Below are positions 29,029 to 38,351 of a stretch of DNA of 64,000 bases, piece after piece. Below the pieces are notes generated by a model, which was not told where the DNA came from, searched no databases, and saw only the letters and a program-made list of their open reading frames with translations. The stretch comes from Candidatus Nanohaloarchaea archaeon. GTDB taxonomy: Archaea; Nanohalarchaeota; Nanosalinia; Nanosalinales; Nanosalinaceae. Numbering within the stretch: the stretch's first letter is position 1; the number at the start of each line of letters is the position of its first letter. The position numbers and the translations under genes are program-made. The stretch spans positions 64,001 to 128,000 of the forward strand of contig JBEQBC010000001.1 of the NCBI GenBank assembly GCA_041640035.1, written 5' to 3'.

Positions 29029-29155
29029 AATAAAGTGAAGGGTTGATTTTGGAAGACTAGGAGACATCCGAGGAAGAAAAATATAAGATTGTGAATACTT
29101 TGATGGATCTCAGAGTAAGGTGTAGGAATATATCAGAAAGTTCGGAGACTAATTT

Positions 29156-30085
29156 CTACTTTTTAAGCACAATCATCTTTCCTATATGATTTCCATGTGT
29201 GGTCTCCCATTCATAGCCTTGCCTATCGTAGAAGTCTAAATTAGGGTATTTTTCCTGTAATTCGTCTCTTATTTCATTCATTAAACTTAGCGTGTCTATA
29301 CCTCGGCCTAAGATGAAAAGAGTATCTATGGACTCATTCTTAATGTAATCTTCGGCTTTTAATAGATTTTTATCCTTATGCCAGGGCTTATAGATGACTA
29401 TTATCTTTGAATTACCTGTTAATTCGTCTAATAGATCGCAGAACTCTTTTTGTGAGTCCTCATTAAGATTTTTAGTGTTGCCTCTGTTAAAACTTCTTTC
29501 TCTTCGGACTGCTTCGTTGATAAAAACATCTTTTTTATTTTCGTCTTTCAGTATTTCGTCAAATAATTCGAATTCAACCCTAATCTCTTCCTCACTTACC
29601 TCTTCATTTATGTCTTCTATTAAATCTTGGAAGTCGTTACGCCTTGCTAATCTCAACTCTAAAGCTTTTTCTAGCCCTTTTTGATAATTCGGTAAAAGGA
29701 ATTTTTTGTATCTCTTTAAGCTGATGTTTCTTGCGGTATATATTGTCAGATCTTTTTGTAGGTCTTTTTTTGATTCATAGGATTCTATATTAATCTCATC
29801 CCATACTTCCTCCTCCGCTAATCCATCCTCAGGCAGTGGTTCCTCTATTTCTTCGCTTACTTGACTCTTTACTTTTTCAACTACTTTTTCTCCGTATAGT
29901 TTTCTCTTGAAATAGAAAATCGCCCAATCTTTTAGGCTAGTAAGGATTTTCTTAGTGTAGACAGGTATTTCTTCCCTGTATGCAACAATAAATAATGTTA
30001 CGAGATAAGCGATAAACAGTCCTGAAGGACCTAAAACTGTTGCTAATTCGTTGATGAGTGTTTCTAGCGCAGACATTAGAGGCAC
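29156..30085 (-). CDS. Hypothetical protein with N-terminal TM helix
   Basis: 309-aa ORF, SD GAGGT, TM at aa 15-35, alpha/beta-like C-terminus. Confidence 0.65.
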   Translation of the reverse strand: MPLMSALETLINELATVLGPSGLFIAYLVTLFIVAYREEIPVYTKKILTSLKDWAIFYFKRKLYGEKVVEKVKSQVSEEIEEPLPEDGLAEEEVWDEINIESYESKKDLQKDLTIYTARNISLKRYKKFLLPNYQKGLEKALELRLARRNDFQDLIEDINEEVSEEEIRVEFELFDEILKDENKKDVFINEAVRRERSFNRGNTKNLNEDSQKEFCDLLDELTGNSKIIVIYKPWHKDKNLLKAEDYIKNESIDTLFILGRGIDTLSLMNEIRDELQEKYPNLDFYDRQGYEWETTHGNHIGKMIVLKK

Positions 30086-30091
30086 ATATCT

Positions 30092-30331
30092 CTACCTCAT
30101 ACAGTCTTTGCAGAAATAATGGATTCCTTCATGATCTTTTGATACTGCGACTACTTCTTCAAAAGGTATCTCGTGACCACATTCGCATTCGACACTGTCC
30201 TGGACTTCGATACCTCGTTCTTCAAGATTATTTCTAAGTTCTGAGGTTGAGTTAGAAAATCTGAGAGGGTCTGTAGGCACATTTTCGGCTACTGCTGCCG
30301 CCAGTGTCACCATACTCTGTTTAAAATCCAC
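30092..30331 (-). CDS. Small Zn-finger protein
   Basis: CECG...CKDC; 6 nt upstream of the next gene. Confidence 0.6.
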   Translation of the reverse strand: MDFKQSMVTLAAAVAENVPTDPLRFSNSTSELRNNLEERGIEVQDSVECECGHEIPFEEVVAVSKDHEGIHYFCKDCMR

Positions 30332-30403
30332 TACCTCTCACATTTTATTTTTGCAATAGTTAGTTAAAAAAGATTTTTCCCTCGCGAACCGTTACGATAG
30401 ATT

Positions 30404-30426
30404 GCTTTAACTCCTTCTCAGGGCTT
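30404..30426 (+). repeat. Degenerate att-like copy of the tRNA-Thr 3' end
   Basis: 18/23 match to 24761-24783, located where the AT-rich tract ends. Confidence 0.65.
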
Positions 30427-30440
30427 CTACTGAATATTCA

Positions 30441-30944
30441 CTATTCCATTTCTCCCCAGGCGTAGTCCAGTATTACATCTTCTCCGTCTACTACGCCGAT
30501 ATTGCCGAATCCGATGTCGTCTGATGGGTGTTCGGTGAAGTGGTATTTGAGCATGAGTTTTAGTGCGCCGAATAGGTTTTTTCCTTCTGATTTTCTTTGT
30601 ACTAGGTATTCTCCGTTGTCTCCGCATTCGAGTACTTCTGCGAAGTCGTCTTTCATGTCTTCGTCCATGGTGTTCCAGGCCTGGTATTCGTCGAGGTTGT
30701 GCTGGTTGCTTTCCTCTGGTTTGCTGACTCTGTGCGGGAATTTGACGACTGTTTCTTCTTCGCCTGGCAGGTCTTCTCTGTAGAAAACTGATCTGTACTT
30801 GCCTTTCCCTACCTGTGTGTAGGGTGATGTGGCTTCGAATTCCTGTGCGGCTTCTCTGTAGTTCGGGTTGTTCCAGGATAGGTCTTCGAACCGTTTGGCG
30901 TCCTCGTAAAGTTGTTCTGCGCTGATTTTCTCTGGAGAGTTCAT
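30441..30944 (-). CDS. Minimal protein-kinase-like protein
   Basis: VGKGKYRSVF (Gly loop), VVKFP, NLDEY, DIGFGNIG (catalytic DxxxxN), ILDYA. Confidence 0.6.
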   Translation of the reverse strand: MNSPEKISAEQLYEDAKRFEDLSWNNPNYREAAQEFEATSPYTQVGKGKYRSVFYREDLPGEEETVVKFPHRVSKPEESNQHNLDEYQAWNTMDEDMKDDFAEVLECGDNGEYLVQRKSEGKNLFGALKLMLKYHFTEHPSDDIGFGNIGVVDGEDVILDYAWGEME

Positions 30945-31083
30945 ACCTATCATTAAGGTTTCCAGACTTAAATCGTTATTGGAAAGTAACAACAATTGTT
31001 CTGTTTGGTGAAGGGTGGCTTACTGCCGAATTAGCTCCTATTTTTAACCAGTGCATAGACTAGTATCATTTACACCCAAGATT

Positions 31084-31770
31084 ATGGAGCTTGAAAATCT
31101 ATCTCAAGAACTACTTGAAAAAGCCAGAAAAGAGGAAGATGCCGAAGAGCTGGTAAAACGGCTTCAGGAATTGAATACTGAAGAACTAGTAGATAGCTTC
31201 GAAAACGATGAAGCCAGAAAAGCATTCTGGATCAATATCTATAACGCATACTCCCAAATTCTGCTCAGGGATAAGCCTGAACGGTACAGATTCAAATCCA
31301 TATTCTTCATGAGGAGGTACATCAACATAGCAGGTCAGAAGATGAGTTTGAACAAGATCGAAAACGGCTACCTTAGGTCCTCTAAACTCTCTATCGGTTT
31401 CGGATATCTGAAGAATCCTTTAGCTAGGAAGTTCGAGAGAAGGATTAGAGTAGATGAAGTAGATCCCAGAGTACATTTTGCCTTGAACTGCGGAGCAAAG
31501 ACCTGTCCACCGATAAGATTCTACAAAAGCGAAGATCTCGACAATCAACTCGAGAAAGCTACAGAGAACTACCTCAACCAGGAAGTAGAGGTTTCGGAAA
31601 ATAGATTAGAAGTACCCAGAGTTTTCCTCTGGTACAGAGGAGACTTCGGCGGTGGAAAAGGCGTTAAACAGTTCCTATCAAAATACGGATATGAGGCCTC
31701 AGGGAAGAAAATCAGATACAAGAACTGGAACTGGGAACTCCAGCTAGACTCATTCGAGGATACGAAATGA
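31084..31770 (+). CDS. DUF547 domain protein
   Basis: AFWINIYNA, SLNKIEN, DPRVHFALNCGAKTCPP, WYRGDFG. Confidence 0.88.
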   Translation: MELENLSQELLEKARKEEDAEELVKRLQELNTEELVDSFENDEARKAFWINIYNAYSQILLRDKPERYRFKSIFFMRRYINIAGQKMSLNKIENGYLRSSKLSIGFGYLKNPLARKFERRIRVDEVDPRVHFALNCGAKTCPPIRFYKSEDLDNQLEKATENYLNQEVEVSENRLEVPRVFLWYRGDFGGGKGVKQFLSKYGYEASGKKIRYKNWNWELQLDSFEDTK

Positions 31771-32381
31771 TAGATAACAACAGACTGAAGGTAATCGGAA
31801 TCACTGCAGTTATGGCTCTAGCAGTTCTAGCACTGTTCTCAGGTCAAATCACAAGAGTTATAGCCTGGATGACAGGAACACAGGAACTAAGAGTGCAGGA
31901 ACAACGGTTTGATCCTGGAAACGCATCAAACGACACCGAGTGGATACAGGACAACTATACTGAGGAGATTAACAATCTTACAGCCAGAGAAACATATGTA
32001 ACACAGAGACTGGGAACTGAACCACCTTACCAGAACGAATTATACGACAACTATGAACCCGGAATCTATGTCGATGTAGTAAGCGGAGAACCGCTTTTCT
32101 CCAGCAAAACCAAGTTCAAATCCAATACAGGATGGCCAAGCTTCTACAAACCGCTCGAACCCTCAAACATCGTAGAGAAAAGAGATCCGGGTCCTCTTGG
32201 ATACAGGGTCGAGGTAAGAAGCAAACACGCAGACAGCCATCTTGGACACCTGTTTGAAAACCCGAATACGCCGACAGGACTGAGATACTGTCTCAACAGC
32301 GCAGCACTAGAGTTCATACCCGCGGAAGAACTTGAGGAAGAGGGCTACGGACAGTACACGGACTTGTTCGAAGAGGCATGA
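31767..32381 (+). CDS. msrB: Peptide-methionine (R)-S-oxide reductase MsrB with N-terminal membrane anchor
   Basis: GTEPPY, SGEPLFSS..KF..TGWPSF, SHLGHLF, RYCLNSAAL. Confidence 0.94.
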   Translation: MIDNNRLKVIGITAVMALAVLALFSGQITRVIAWMTGTQELRVQEQRFDPGNASNDTEWIQDNYTEEINNLTARETYVTQRLGTEPPYQNELYDNYEPGIYVDVVSGEPLFSSKTKFKSNTGWPSFYKPLEPSNIVEKRDPGPLGYRVEVRSKHADSHLGHLFENPNTPTGLRYCLNSAALEFIPAEELEEEGYGQYTDLFEEA

Positions 32382-32386
32382 AATAA

Positions 32387-32929
32387 ATGAACCTCTCAAT
32401 AATCCAGCTCTCTGGCATAGTAAGTGCCTCAACTATGACGGCATTGATGATCTGGTCGGTTCTAATCGACCGCTTCAGGTTCTGGCCGCCAGGAGAAAGA
32501 AACCTTAGATGGTTCACATACTGGACATTAGCAACTGTAAATACGCTGTCAATCGTCGCAATAATTCTTCAGTCTTTCAGCTTCTCTTCATTAGGTTTCT
32601 ACAGACTCTTCACGCTTCTCTTGATTTTCGTAGGTGTACTGATATCGGCTAAAGCGATAAGAACTCTTGGTGCTGAGCAGACCTCAGGTATCGACGGTGA
32701 ACTGGTTAATAACGGTTTATACAGCTACAGCCGGAATCCACAGGTTGTCGGAAATCTCATCAGTGTTGTAGGCTTTGTTCTCTACACTTCTACGACCGCT
32801 TCCATGGTGATCGGAGTCCTTGCATCTACCTGGCTTATCTCAATGGTTTTTTCCGAAGAAAAGAAGCTGAAGGAAGACTTGGGAATTTCTTACAAAGAGT
32901 ATCTTGAAGAGGTTCCCCGGTTTATCTAA
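32387..32929 (+). CDS. Isoprenylcysteine/phospholipid methyltransferase family membrane protein
   Basis: LVNNGLYSYSRNPQ, EEKKL...Y..Y...VPRFI. Confidence 0.82.
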   Translation: MNLSIIQLSGIVSASTMTALMIWSVLIDRFRFWPPGERNLRWFTYWTLATVNTLSIVAIILQSFSFSSLGFYRLFTLLLIFVGVLISAKAIRTLGAEQTSGIDGELVNNGLYSYSRNPQVVGNLISVVGFVLYTSTTASMVIGVLASTWLISMVFSEEKKLKEDLGISYKEYLEEVPRFI

Positions 32930-34059
32930 GTCAGATCCTCTCGCCAGTAACTCCACGCCATTCCGACAGTGGCAAACGCAGCAAGAACAAAGCTTGCCTG
33001 GAAACCGGTCCTCAGATCTGTTAGAGTGTAGAAGCTGTACAGTGTGAGCACCGTGAGTACATTTCCGACTGATACAAACATCTTCCTCAATGTGTAGAAC
33101 TCCAGTATATCGGTTTTCTCCGCCTCATCCGCAAAGCTCGAGTAGATCGGTACATGGTATATCTGGAAGAATATCCCGCTGATAAATGAAACCACGAAAA
33201 CCTGGAATGGAGTTACAAGCAGCCCTCTGGCTAGGTAGGATGCGGCCGCTCCTGTACAACCTATCGCTACGAAAACCTTCTTGTTGATGTTCGATGCATA
33301 TTTTCCGACCAGCAGTCCAGTTGCAACGAACCCCAGGCTGTCAAGTGCTCTGGCGCCTCCAACATCGATTGAGCCGCCGATGATCATGTAAACGAATAGA
33401 CCAAAGATCGCTACCGCTGTGTTCGCTTGGACACCTCTTGCTATGAAAAGTGGAACTGTCTTAAGGTACTCTTTGCCTAGAAGGTTTTTCAGGTCGTAAT
33501 CCATAGAGTCTCTGTGGTCCTCGGACCTCATCAGTGGTATCACGGAAAGCAGGAGGATGAATACTGTTACCATCATGAGTTCTCCGAATCCCAGTCCTGC
33601 GAAGATAAGTCCTCCGGCCAGTGGTGCTATTATACGGGAGATATTAGGGAGGCTGAGCATCTTACCGGAATCGCTGGACCTGTTTTCGTCTTCAGAGTCT
33701 ACTGCGAACTCTGAGTTCATGCTCAGGTTGTGGAAAAGCCTTCCTAGGTTGTACATCAGTGAGGAGAAGATTATCAGGAGTATGGAGAGGTCAAAGTATC
33801 TTATTGATGCAAGTCCTGGAATCAGAAATATGTATGAAGCTGCTAAACTGTGTTTGAATCCTATCCGTGCTACGATTCTTGAAACCGGGTAGGAAAGAGT
33901 GATACCTGTAAAACCGGAGATGATCAGGAAGAGTGCGGCTGCTGGAAGACCGAAACCTTCTGAAACAATGTAGACTGGTATAAATACTCCTATCAGTGAA
34001 AGCGCGAAGTTCTTCAGTAGTTCGTATGCCACTAAGTTGTCTAGTTCTCTGAACTCCAT
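32926..34059 (-). CDS. MFS transporter
   Basis: About 12 hydrophobic segments; ARIGFK loop, IIAPLAGGLI. Confidence 0.8.
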   Translation of the reverse strand: MEFRELDNLVAYELLKNFALSLIGVFIPVYIVSEGFGLPAAALFLIISGFTGITLSYPVSRIVARIGFKHSLAASYIFLIPGLASIRYFDLSILLIIFSSLMYNLGRLFHNLSMNSEFAVDSEDENRSSDSGKMLSLPNISRIIAPLAGGLIFAGLGFGELMMVTVFILLLSVIPLMRSEDHRDSMDYDLKNLLGKEYLKTVPLFIARGVQANTAVAIFGLFVYMIIGGSIDVGGARALDSLGFVATGLLVGKYASNINKKVFVAIGCTGAAASYLARGLLVTPFQVFVVSFISGIFFQIYHVPIYSSFADEAEKTDILEFYTLRKMFVSVGNVLTVLTLYSFYTLTDLRTGFQASFVLAAFATVGMAWSYWREDLT

Positions 34060-34079
34060 CCTGTGTTTTTCCTCTTAGT

Positions 34080-34346
34080 TTATCTTCTGAATATGTAGTT
34101 GTGTTCTCCTGAGATTATCTCTATCTGATCTTCCTCAAATATTATTTCTTCAGCTCTAATTTCGGCCTGGTGCAGAGGCATAGCTCCGTAAACCTCTCCG
34201 CTCTCCGAAATCTCCAGTCTCTCACTTCCCGAACTGTAAACTAATCTATCATCTTCCGCAGTCACTTTGCTCTCCGAAAAGTGAGTCCTGAATTCCTCTA
34301 CTATCTTTCTCCAGTCTTTATCTAAATTCAAAGCTTGTTGTGACAT
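34080..34346 (-). CDS. Hypothetical protein
   Basis: Short ORF with GAMPLH motif in the osmC-MFS operon. Confidence 0.55.
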   Translation of the reverse strand: MSQQALNLDKDWRKIVEEFRTHFSESKVTAEDDRLVYSSGSERLEISESGEVYGAMPLHQAEIRAEEIIFEEDQIEIISGEHNYIFRR

Positions 34347-34746
34347 CTGTCTTCACCGAATTATGTATGAAACAGTTCTTCCGGGTTGCATCGGCTACAT
34401 TCTCGGCCTCTTTCTCATCTTCAACACCTGTTACCTGTACCTGTATCTCTGCCTCCTTGATGATGGGCCGGGTGTCTTCTCCTCTTCCGAGAACGCCTTC
34501 TGCTTCCGCAGATATCTCCGAGTACTTCAGATTCTTTCTCTCCGCTATTGACTTGAATGTCGCGACCACGCATGTCATGATTGAGGCACTGAAGAGGTCT
34601 TCAGGTGACGGATTATCATCTGATCCGTCGAACTCTTCGGGTACGGTCATCTCTGTCTTAAGTCCTTCCCCTGTTTCCAGGTTCCAGCCTTCTTCTCCGT
34701 TTTCTGCTTCAGCCTTTGATGAGAAATTGATTGGATATTCGACTAT
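34318..34746 (-). CDS. osmC: OsmC family protein (probable ATA start)
   Basis: PEEFDG...SPEDLF.AS..TC...F and NCFIHNS; the frame extends upstream to an ATA preceded by GGAGG. Confidence 0.8.
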   Translation of the reverse strand: MVEYPINFSSKAEAENGEEGWNLETGEGLKTEMTVPEEFDGSDDNPSPEDLFSASIMTCVVATFKSIAERKNLKYSEISAEAEGVLGRGEDTRPIIKEAEIQVQVTGVEDEKEAENVADATRKNCFIHNSVKTDVTTSFEFR

Positions 34747-34857
34747 TGTCGGTACGCCTCCTGTTCAGTACTAGTTATCTCATAATTTCATTTAACGGTT
34801 TTCGGTCACTGAAGGTTTGTAACAGCTTTTTAATCCGGTGAACACAAATATTACGGT

Positions 34858-36054
34858 ATGAAAAAATACCTTATTTTAACTGTCTCAGTACTTTTACTCG
34901 TTTCTTCAGCCGCAGCACCATGTCCGGTCGTATTTACACCTCCAAACTCTTTTGTACACCTGACAGATGAAAGTCAGGCACTTCTAGCCTACGATGACGA
35001 TACCGACACTCAGCACTACATCGTCAGGCAAGCATATGAAGGAGTTGCATCGGATTTCGGACTGGTGATGCCAACACCGGACAGACCGAACATGACAGAG
35101 AAAGAGGAAGGACTGTTCGAAGAACTACATCAGATGACCAAAGAGCCCGTTGAAAACCGGGCTCTAGATAGTTTCAGTAGTCTTCAGTCATCATCTGAAG
35201 GAGTTGAAGTGGTTGAGTCCCGTGATATCGGTGACTTCAACGCAACGATTCTGAAAGCAAATAGCTCGACGGCGCTGGTGAACTGGCTCGATGAACATAA
35301 TTTCAACTACGGGAACAAAAGCGAGGAGAACTTCCAGTACTACATCAAGAAAGACCAGCAGTACTACTTCACAGCTATGAAAATAAATCTGGAAGAGGCT
35401 GACTGTCTGACAAAGAGACAGTTCGAAATCGGGAAGAACCCGACATTCAGAAATCAGGTTATGCCGGAAGAAGACACAGCAACAGATAGATGCTGGCTGA
35501 GAGGAGGTCTTCAGCCTATCCAGTTCACTTACGAGACAGATGAACCGGTTCTACCTCTCAGAATCATGTCCCGGCCTCATGACGAATCTCCAATGACTGG
35601 CGGCAGCGATCACGGCGATCATGATCATAGCCATGAAGATGAAGCTTTACCACCTGGCAACTTCCTGGTTTACACACTCTCCGATCAGCCTTTGACAGTT
35701 CCGGGAGCCAAGGTGAAGTACTCGGACAGAGTTGATGAACTCCCTGATCAGGCGGACTCTCTTGACTCAGGTAAATTCCTAGTAAGACAGAGAATCAAGT
35801 TTAACGCACACAGGATCGAAGACGATCTCTACATGCAGGAAGCTAAGCCTTTTCAGGTCACGAAGGAACAGACAAGAATCGTCAATCCATCTGAAATAGA
35901 TTCAGAGAACGGACTGCTGAAGTTCGATGGTCCTGAAGAAGTGCAGGTTCAGTTTGAGAAATCAGGTTTCCTCAGCAGCTTCTCTTACTCGGCTCAGAAG
36001 AAACTGAAGAACTACGGACCGCAGTTCTACTGGATTTACATGCAGCTTATCTAG
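34858..36054 (+). CDS. Secreted DUF2330-like protein
   Basis: Signal peptide; DFGLVMPTP, LVNWLDEHNF, YFTAMKI, LQPIQFTY..PVLPLRI. Confidence 0.72.
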   Translation: MKKYLILTVSVLLLVSSAAAPCPVVFTPPNSFVHLTDESQALLAYDDDTDTQHYIVRQAYEGVASDFGLVMPTPDRPNMTEKEEGLFEELHQMTKEPVENRALDSFSSLQSSSEGVEVVESRDIGDFNATILKANSSTALVNWLDEHNFNYGNKSEENFQYYIKKDQQYYFTAMKINLEEADCLTKRQFEIGKNPTFRNQVMPEEDTATDRCWLRGGLQPIQFTYETDEPVLPLRIMSRPHDESPMTGGSDHGDHDHSHEDEALPPGNFLVYTLSDQPLTVPGAKVKYSDRVDELPDQADSLDSGKFLVRQRIKFNAHRIEDDLYMQEAKPFQVTKEQTRIVNPSEIDSENGLLKFDGPEEVQVQFEKSGFLSSFSYSAQKKLKNYGPQFYWIYMQLI

Positions 36055-38309
36055 AGCAGGATTTCCCTGTCTTTCTCTCTTTCTTCTCCATTAACTTTTA
36101 TCCTCTCAAAGTTCTCCAGAAGCTTATCCGGAACCTTAACCGAATCGAATACGCCTTCTGGTACATCAAGACGGACCACTCCATCTTCCTTCTCCATTTC
36201 TACAGTATCGCTTACTTCGGAGGTCTTGACAGGTGTTGAGGTCTCTGAATCTGTTTTGCAAGGATATATCTCGAGGTACATCTGTTGGAAACCGTTCTTC
36301 AGGTGCTGAGTACTTTTCTGTTTCGGTACTGCTGCTCCCGCTTTCACATAGAATGGGATTAGGTTTTCTTCGCTGTAACTTGCTTTATGAGTTTCTTCAA
36401 CTGTTTCATGTGTCCAGTAGTTGATCCATTCTCCTTCCGGTATGTAGACTTTTCTGTTTCTGTCTTCAGATAGGAAAGGCGCTATCAGGAAATGTTCTCC
36501 TACCATGTGCTGTGTATCCATGTTTTCCACAGCCAAGTCGTCTTGGTATTCTAGTATCATCGGTCTTGTTACAGGTACGCCGGTTTCAACTGAGTTCCGC
36601 GCGTACGAGTAGATGTATGGTAGCAGCCGGTATCTTTCCCTGAGTACCTTTGTAACATTATCTTCTGCATCTTCGTAGTGCCATGGTTCTCGCGGTGTTT
36701 TTCCGTGGGCTCTGATGTGGCTGGTGCCTAAAGCGCTCCATTTCATCCATTCCTCGTACAGTTTGTCGCTTGGCTCTGGTTTGTATCCTCCGCTGTCGGA
36801 GCTCCAGTACATGTATCCGGATAATGCTGCGTTCAAACCGCTTTTGACCGTGGTCTCGAAGCCTTCCCAGTCCGAGTAGCTGTCGCCGTTCCAGAAGATC
36901 TCTCCGTCCAGCTGTTTCGCCCAGCCGCTTCTTGTCCATAGTACAGGGTCTTTACCTGCTTCTCTGAATGCTTTGTGTATTGTTTCTCTGTATAGTTTTG
37001 TGTAGTGGTTGCGTTCTCCTTCACCTGATTTCTCAGAGCTGAGAACAGTGTCTTTCGGCAGGTACTCTCCGAAGTCTGCTTTAACTGCGTCTACGCCGGC
37101 TTCCACTAGTTTCCTGGTTTTCTCTTTCCACCAGTCCCGTGCTTCCGGGTCTGTGAAGTCGACTATCCCCATGTTTCCGCCGTCCTCGAAGATGTACGGT
37201 CTGCCGTCTTTGTTCTCGACCAGGTAGTCGTTTCTCTTCGCTTCACTAAATGTACTCGTCTCTACAGGCAGGTACGGATACTGCCATACACATACGGATA
37301 CACCTCTTTCATGAAGTTCTTTGATATGTTTTTCAGGTTCTTCGAATTTTTCTCCCCATTCAAGATTGAGTTCGTCTCCCATCCAGCCTGGATCCAGATG
37401 TACAACATCGAAAGGTATCTCTTTCCCTCTGTAGTTATCAGTAATTTCGCTGACCTGTTCCCAGGAGGTGTATGTGTTTCTTGAAGTCCAGAAGCCGAAG
37501 GTCCACAGCGGCGGGGTTTCAGGCCGTCCGATGTAACCTGTTATGGTGGAAAGTGTCTGTTTGATACTGTCTTCGAATACGATTATCGCTGAGAGGTAGT
37601 CTCCTTCAACTGTGATATCTCCTGCCTCTGGATTGCTGTCTGCCAGGTTGAATCTTGTGTCGTCGTGTGTGTCGACCAGCACTCCGTAGTTCTTGGATGA
37701 GATGAAGAAAGGTGTATCTTTGTATTTGGCTCTTGAGGCGCTTCCTGCACCCTGTGTTATCCATTCTTCGGTTGTTCTTCCACGGGCATTGATATCTCCG
37801 AACCGTTCTCCCATACCATAGAAGTTTTCATCAGGGCCTATCTCGAACCCTAGGCTTACAGTTTTAGTGACTGAGGGATTCCTGTTAACTTCCTCCTTTC
37901 CGTAACCGACTCCGTACGCAGAACGGTTTTCTTTGGTATCTCTGGAGTCGAAATCAAGCTTCATTTCTTTATCTCCATCTCCCAGAACAATTTTGCCATT
38001 CTGATGAACTTCTACTGTGCATTTATCGGTCTCAATTTTCCAGTAGTTTTCCTGGCTTTCCGTTATCTGTATTTGGCCGGTTTTTTCTATACCTAGATCT
38101 GATTCAAGTATTTCAGTTTCGTCGTAGCCAGTCTTGTTTATAGTAACTCTTACATCGCCTTTACCGGTGGCGCTCAGAACTATGAACCCGTTTTCGCCGC
38201 TGAAAAGGCATTCAAGAACTATTTTGTCCTCTTTTTCTTCTACACTGCTTATCTCTTCTAGTTCGAAATAACTGTCAATCTCTTCTATCGGTGTATCTGT
38301 CAGGTCCAT
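36051..38309 (-). CDS. Glycoside hydrolase family 31 (YicI-like alpha-xylosidase/alpha-glucosidase)
   Basis: YGMGERFG, PPLWTFGFW, nucleophile KADFGE, acid/base WSSDSGG, RYRLLPYIY. Confidence 0.9.
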   Translation of the reverse strand: MDLTDTPIEEIDSYFELEEISSVEEKEDKIVLECLFSGENGFIVLSATGKGDVRVTINKTGYDETEILESDLGIEKTGQIQITESQENYWKIETDKCTVEVHQNGKIVLGDGDKEMKLDFDSRDTKENRSAYGVGYGKEEVNRNPSVTKTVSLGFEIGPDENFYGMGERFGDINARGRTTEEWITQGAGSASRAKYKDTPFFISSKNYGVLVDTHDDTRFNLADSNPEAGDITVEGDYLSAIIVFEDSIKQTLSTITGYIGRPETPPLWTFGFWTSRNTYTSWEQVSEITDNYRGKEIPFDVVHLDPGWMGDELNLEWGEKFEEPEKHIKELHERGVSVCVWQYPYLPVETSTFSEAKRNDYLVENKDGRPYIFEDGGNMGIVDFTDPEARDWWKEKTRKLVEAGVDAVKADFGEYLPKDTVLSSEKSGEGERNHYTKLYRETIHKAFREAGKDPVLWTRSGWAKQLDGEIFWNGDSYSDWEGFETTVKSGLNAALSGYMYWSSDSGGYKPEPSDKLYEEWMKWSALGTSHIRAHGKTPREPWHYEDAEDNVTKVLRERYRLLPYIYSYARNSVETGVPVTRPMILEYQDDLAVENMDTQHMVGEHFLIAPFLSEDRNRKVYIPEGEWINYWTHETVEETHKASYSEENLIPFYVKAGAAVPKQKSTQHLKNGFQQMYLEIYPCKTDSETSTPVKTSEVSDTVEMEKEDGVVRLDVPEGVFDSVKVPDKLLENFERIKVNGEEREKDREILL

Positions 38310-38351
38310 AATATCCGTTTACCAGTTCTAGTTGTTTAACTTTTCCCGCAG

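Larger units (their letters stand above)
24761..30426. mobile_element. AT-rich genomic island integrated at tRNA-Thr (no integrase retained)
   Basis: Compositional shift; tRNA 3' end GGTTCAAATCCCTCCCAGGGCTT (24761-24783) recurs as GCTTTAACTCCTTCTCAGGGCTT (30404-30426), 18/23 identical. Confidence 0.7.
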
